NCBI GenBank assembly: GCA_964016885.1
Contig: OZ024745.1
Span: 33,480,001-33,544,000 of the forward strand
Length of the DNA: 64,000 bases
DNA from: Eledone cirrhosa
Lineage: Eukaryota
Direction of reading: 5' to 3'
Shown: positions 62,048 to 64,000 of the stretch, in pieces
How positions within the stretch are numbered: the stretch's first letter is position 1
Layout of the letters: each line of letters starts with the position of its first letter
The notes under the pieces: model-generated
Database searches by the model: none
Seen by the model: the letters and a program-made list of their open reading frames with translations, nothing else
Told to the model about the DNA's origin: nothing
Position numbers and translations under genes: made by a program

Positions 62048-62230
62048 CTTTTCATGCAGTTGTTTTAGTTGTTCTTGTAGCTGGAAAATCGTTGATTTAT
62101 CAAGTTCAAACTGACTTTTTTCTTGTGCAGATTTATCTTGTTTTTGCTTCAGTTGGTGTAACTGTGATGTCATTTCAAGGATGTGTCTGTTTAAGTCAGA
62201 AGTGCAGTTTTGTAGGGACTGTATCATATC
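62048..62230 (-). CDS. CCDC171: CCDC171-like exon, 183 nt, phase 0/0; the gene continues beyond the right edge
   Basis: DMIQSLQNCTSDLNRHILEMTSQLHQLKQKQDKSAQEKSQFELDKSTIFQLQEQLKQLHEK; acceptor TTTTCTGTTTCTTTCTAG, donor AAG|GTACCT; coiled-coil composition. Confidence 0.8.
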
Positions 62231-62260
62231 CTAGAAAGAAACAGAAAAACAGTGGGATGA

Positions 62261-62578
62261 ATCATCATCATCATCATCATTTCATTTTACGTCCACTTTT
62301 TCCCTGCTTGCAAGGGTGGGACGGGAACTGATTCTGGCTTGATTTCTACAGCTGGATACCCTTCCTAACACCAACCTCATTTACAGTGAGTGCTGGGTGC
62401 TTTTTTGCCGTGGAATGATATGGACCCCAGTCCCTATCATCTCATTTCTACAGCTGAGTAAACTGGAGCAATGTGAAATAAAGTGTCTTGCTCAAGGAAA
62501 CAACACATCACCCGGTCTGAGAATTGAACTCACAACGTTTTGATTGCAAGGCCAATGCTCTAACCACTAAGCCATGTG
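62261..62578 (-). mobile_element. tRNA/CORE SINE with RTE-derived tail
   Basis: Inverted homologue of 62628-62989. Confidence 0.92.
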
Positions 62579-62627
62579 TATAATTAATTCAATTTCATAA
62601 AATATATTATATACCATATATATATAT

Positions 62628-62989
62628 GGAGGCACATGGCTTAGTGGTTAGAGCATTGGGCTTGCAATCGAAAGGTTGTGAGTTCAATTCTCACACCGGC
62701 TGATGTGTTGTTTCCTTGATCAAGACACTTTATTTCACATTACTCCAGTTTACTCAGCTGTAGAAATGAGAACACAGGACTGGGGTCCCTATCATTCCAC
62801 TGCAAAAAAGCACCCAGCCCACACTGTAAAGTGGACATGTAGGCGCCATGGAAAAAAAACACCCAGCGCTCACTGTAAATGAGGTTGGTGTTAGGAAGGG
62901 CATCCAGCTGTAGAAATCAAGCCAGAATCAGTTCCCGTCCCACCCTTGCGAGCAGGGAAAAGCGGACGTAAAATGATGATGATGATGAT
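62628..62989 (+). mobile_element. Full-length tRNA/CORE SINE with RTE-derived tail
   Basis: A box TGGCTTAGTGG, B box GAGTTCAATTC, CCTTGATCAAGACACTTTATTTCAC, and 3' CCCGTCCCACCCTTGCGAGCAGGGAAAAGCGGACGTAAA(ATG)n. Confidence 0.92.
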
Positions 62990-63144
62990 ATACTTGTGTA
63001 TAAGTCACACCAACATATAAGCCATTCCTCCATTTTACTTATAACATTTACAATGTATTATATCTCTGTGATCTGGTTTAGAATAGATACACCATATCAC
63101 TACATGTTGTGATAGGTGTGTTGCTAGTTGAAAGCTATATTTAA

Positions 63145-63395
63145 TTAATATAAAGAATGGTGTGCTCATGCGTGAAGATGCTATAAAATAGGCTGAAGAC
63201 CCTTAAAGACAGAAAAAAATGCCATCAGTCGCTATGAGGAATCAAACCCAATATCTCTCAGATATCAGCTAGGCACTTTAGCCAGCATGTGGGAGATATG
63301 GGGTTTGATTTCTCATCAGCCGATGGCATCTTTTTCCTATTTTATAAGCTATTTTATAACATCTTTGCTCATGAGCACACCATTTTTTATATTAA
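63145..63395. repeat. Older, diverged inverted repeat with a tRNA B-box-like centre
   Basis: TTAATATAAAGAATGGTGTGCTCATG...ATGAGGAATCAAACCCAATATCTC / GAGATATGGGGTTTGATTTCTCAT...CATGAGCACACCATTTTTTATATTAA. Confidence 0.8.
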
Positions 63396-64000
63396 CTTTT
63401 ATCACCTCAGCACTTCATAAAGTCTGAGAGATCAGCTATATAAACCCGATGTTTGTTGACACTATTTCATATTTTTACATACAGCTAGCACTACAAGTCA
63501 CTCACATCAGCTGTTAACTAGAAACCATGATTTCAAAACCTTCTGATAGTATTGCTCCCCCCAGTGATGCTACAAGGGAATATCTGTTTCTTTTTTTTGT
63601 CCACAGTGTAGTATGCTGTTCCCTCTATCATCCATGCAGCCTCTACTCCAGCCATATAGCAAAGCATTTTATGACCATTTATCCTGCTAAAACAGGAGTT
63701 GGCCTAGCGAGTCCCATGACATGCTTCTCCATTTTGCACAACCATCTGCCTCCTGGCTTTCATTCCCTCCTTCATCAACCATACATTTCTTGGTCTTCCC
63801 CTTCCTCTACTTCCACATTCATCCCTCACTCCTCTCATCTAATCACTTTCATCCTTCTTTAACTCATGACTTAGCCATCTCTTTCCATTTCTATTCTCAA
63901 CATTTATCACTGGCTCTATTCCCATCATCCTCTATAGTTCATTGTCTTCCTATATTTGAACAATACTCCATTCATCCACTGAACCATATACATATACAAG

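Noticed and set aside
62628-62700. tRNA gene
   Set aside because: A and B boxes are present, but the acceptor stem does not close and the sequence continues into a SINE body; the same applies to the other tRNA-like heads.

Overview
Repeat-rich eukaryotic animal DNA, most likely a coleoid cephalopod (Octopus-like); this is inferred from the SINE/LINE/MITE repertoire recalled from memory, not from a search. Bases 1-19.6 kb are one 33-bp tandem satellite, and the giant ORFs in the track are by-products of that repeat. The only host gene supported is the 3' half of a CCDC171-like coiled-coil gene on the minus strand: six phase-compatible GT-AG exons at 62048-62230, 61203-61394, 60590-60735, 48952-48994, 41184-41306 and 35318-35464, plus a probable terminal exon starting at 29202. 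The rest is transposable elements (CR1/L2-type and RTE LINEs, tRNA-headed SINEs, piggyBac/mariner/pogo-type MITEs, a Helitron-like element), microsatellites and several minisatellites that appear to grow out of TE bodies. The most unusual signals are two type I hammerhead-ribozyme motifs between (TA)n tracts (one inside a 66-bp fold-back, Penelope-like), tRNA-B-box-centred fold-back elements, a PHD finger inside an RTE reverse transcriptase, and satellites showing their stepwise origin (16->48->480 bp; a variant gradient at the 33-mer edge). No prokaryotic features or CRISPR arrays are present.
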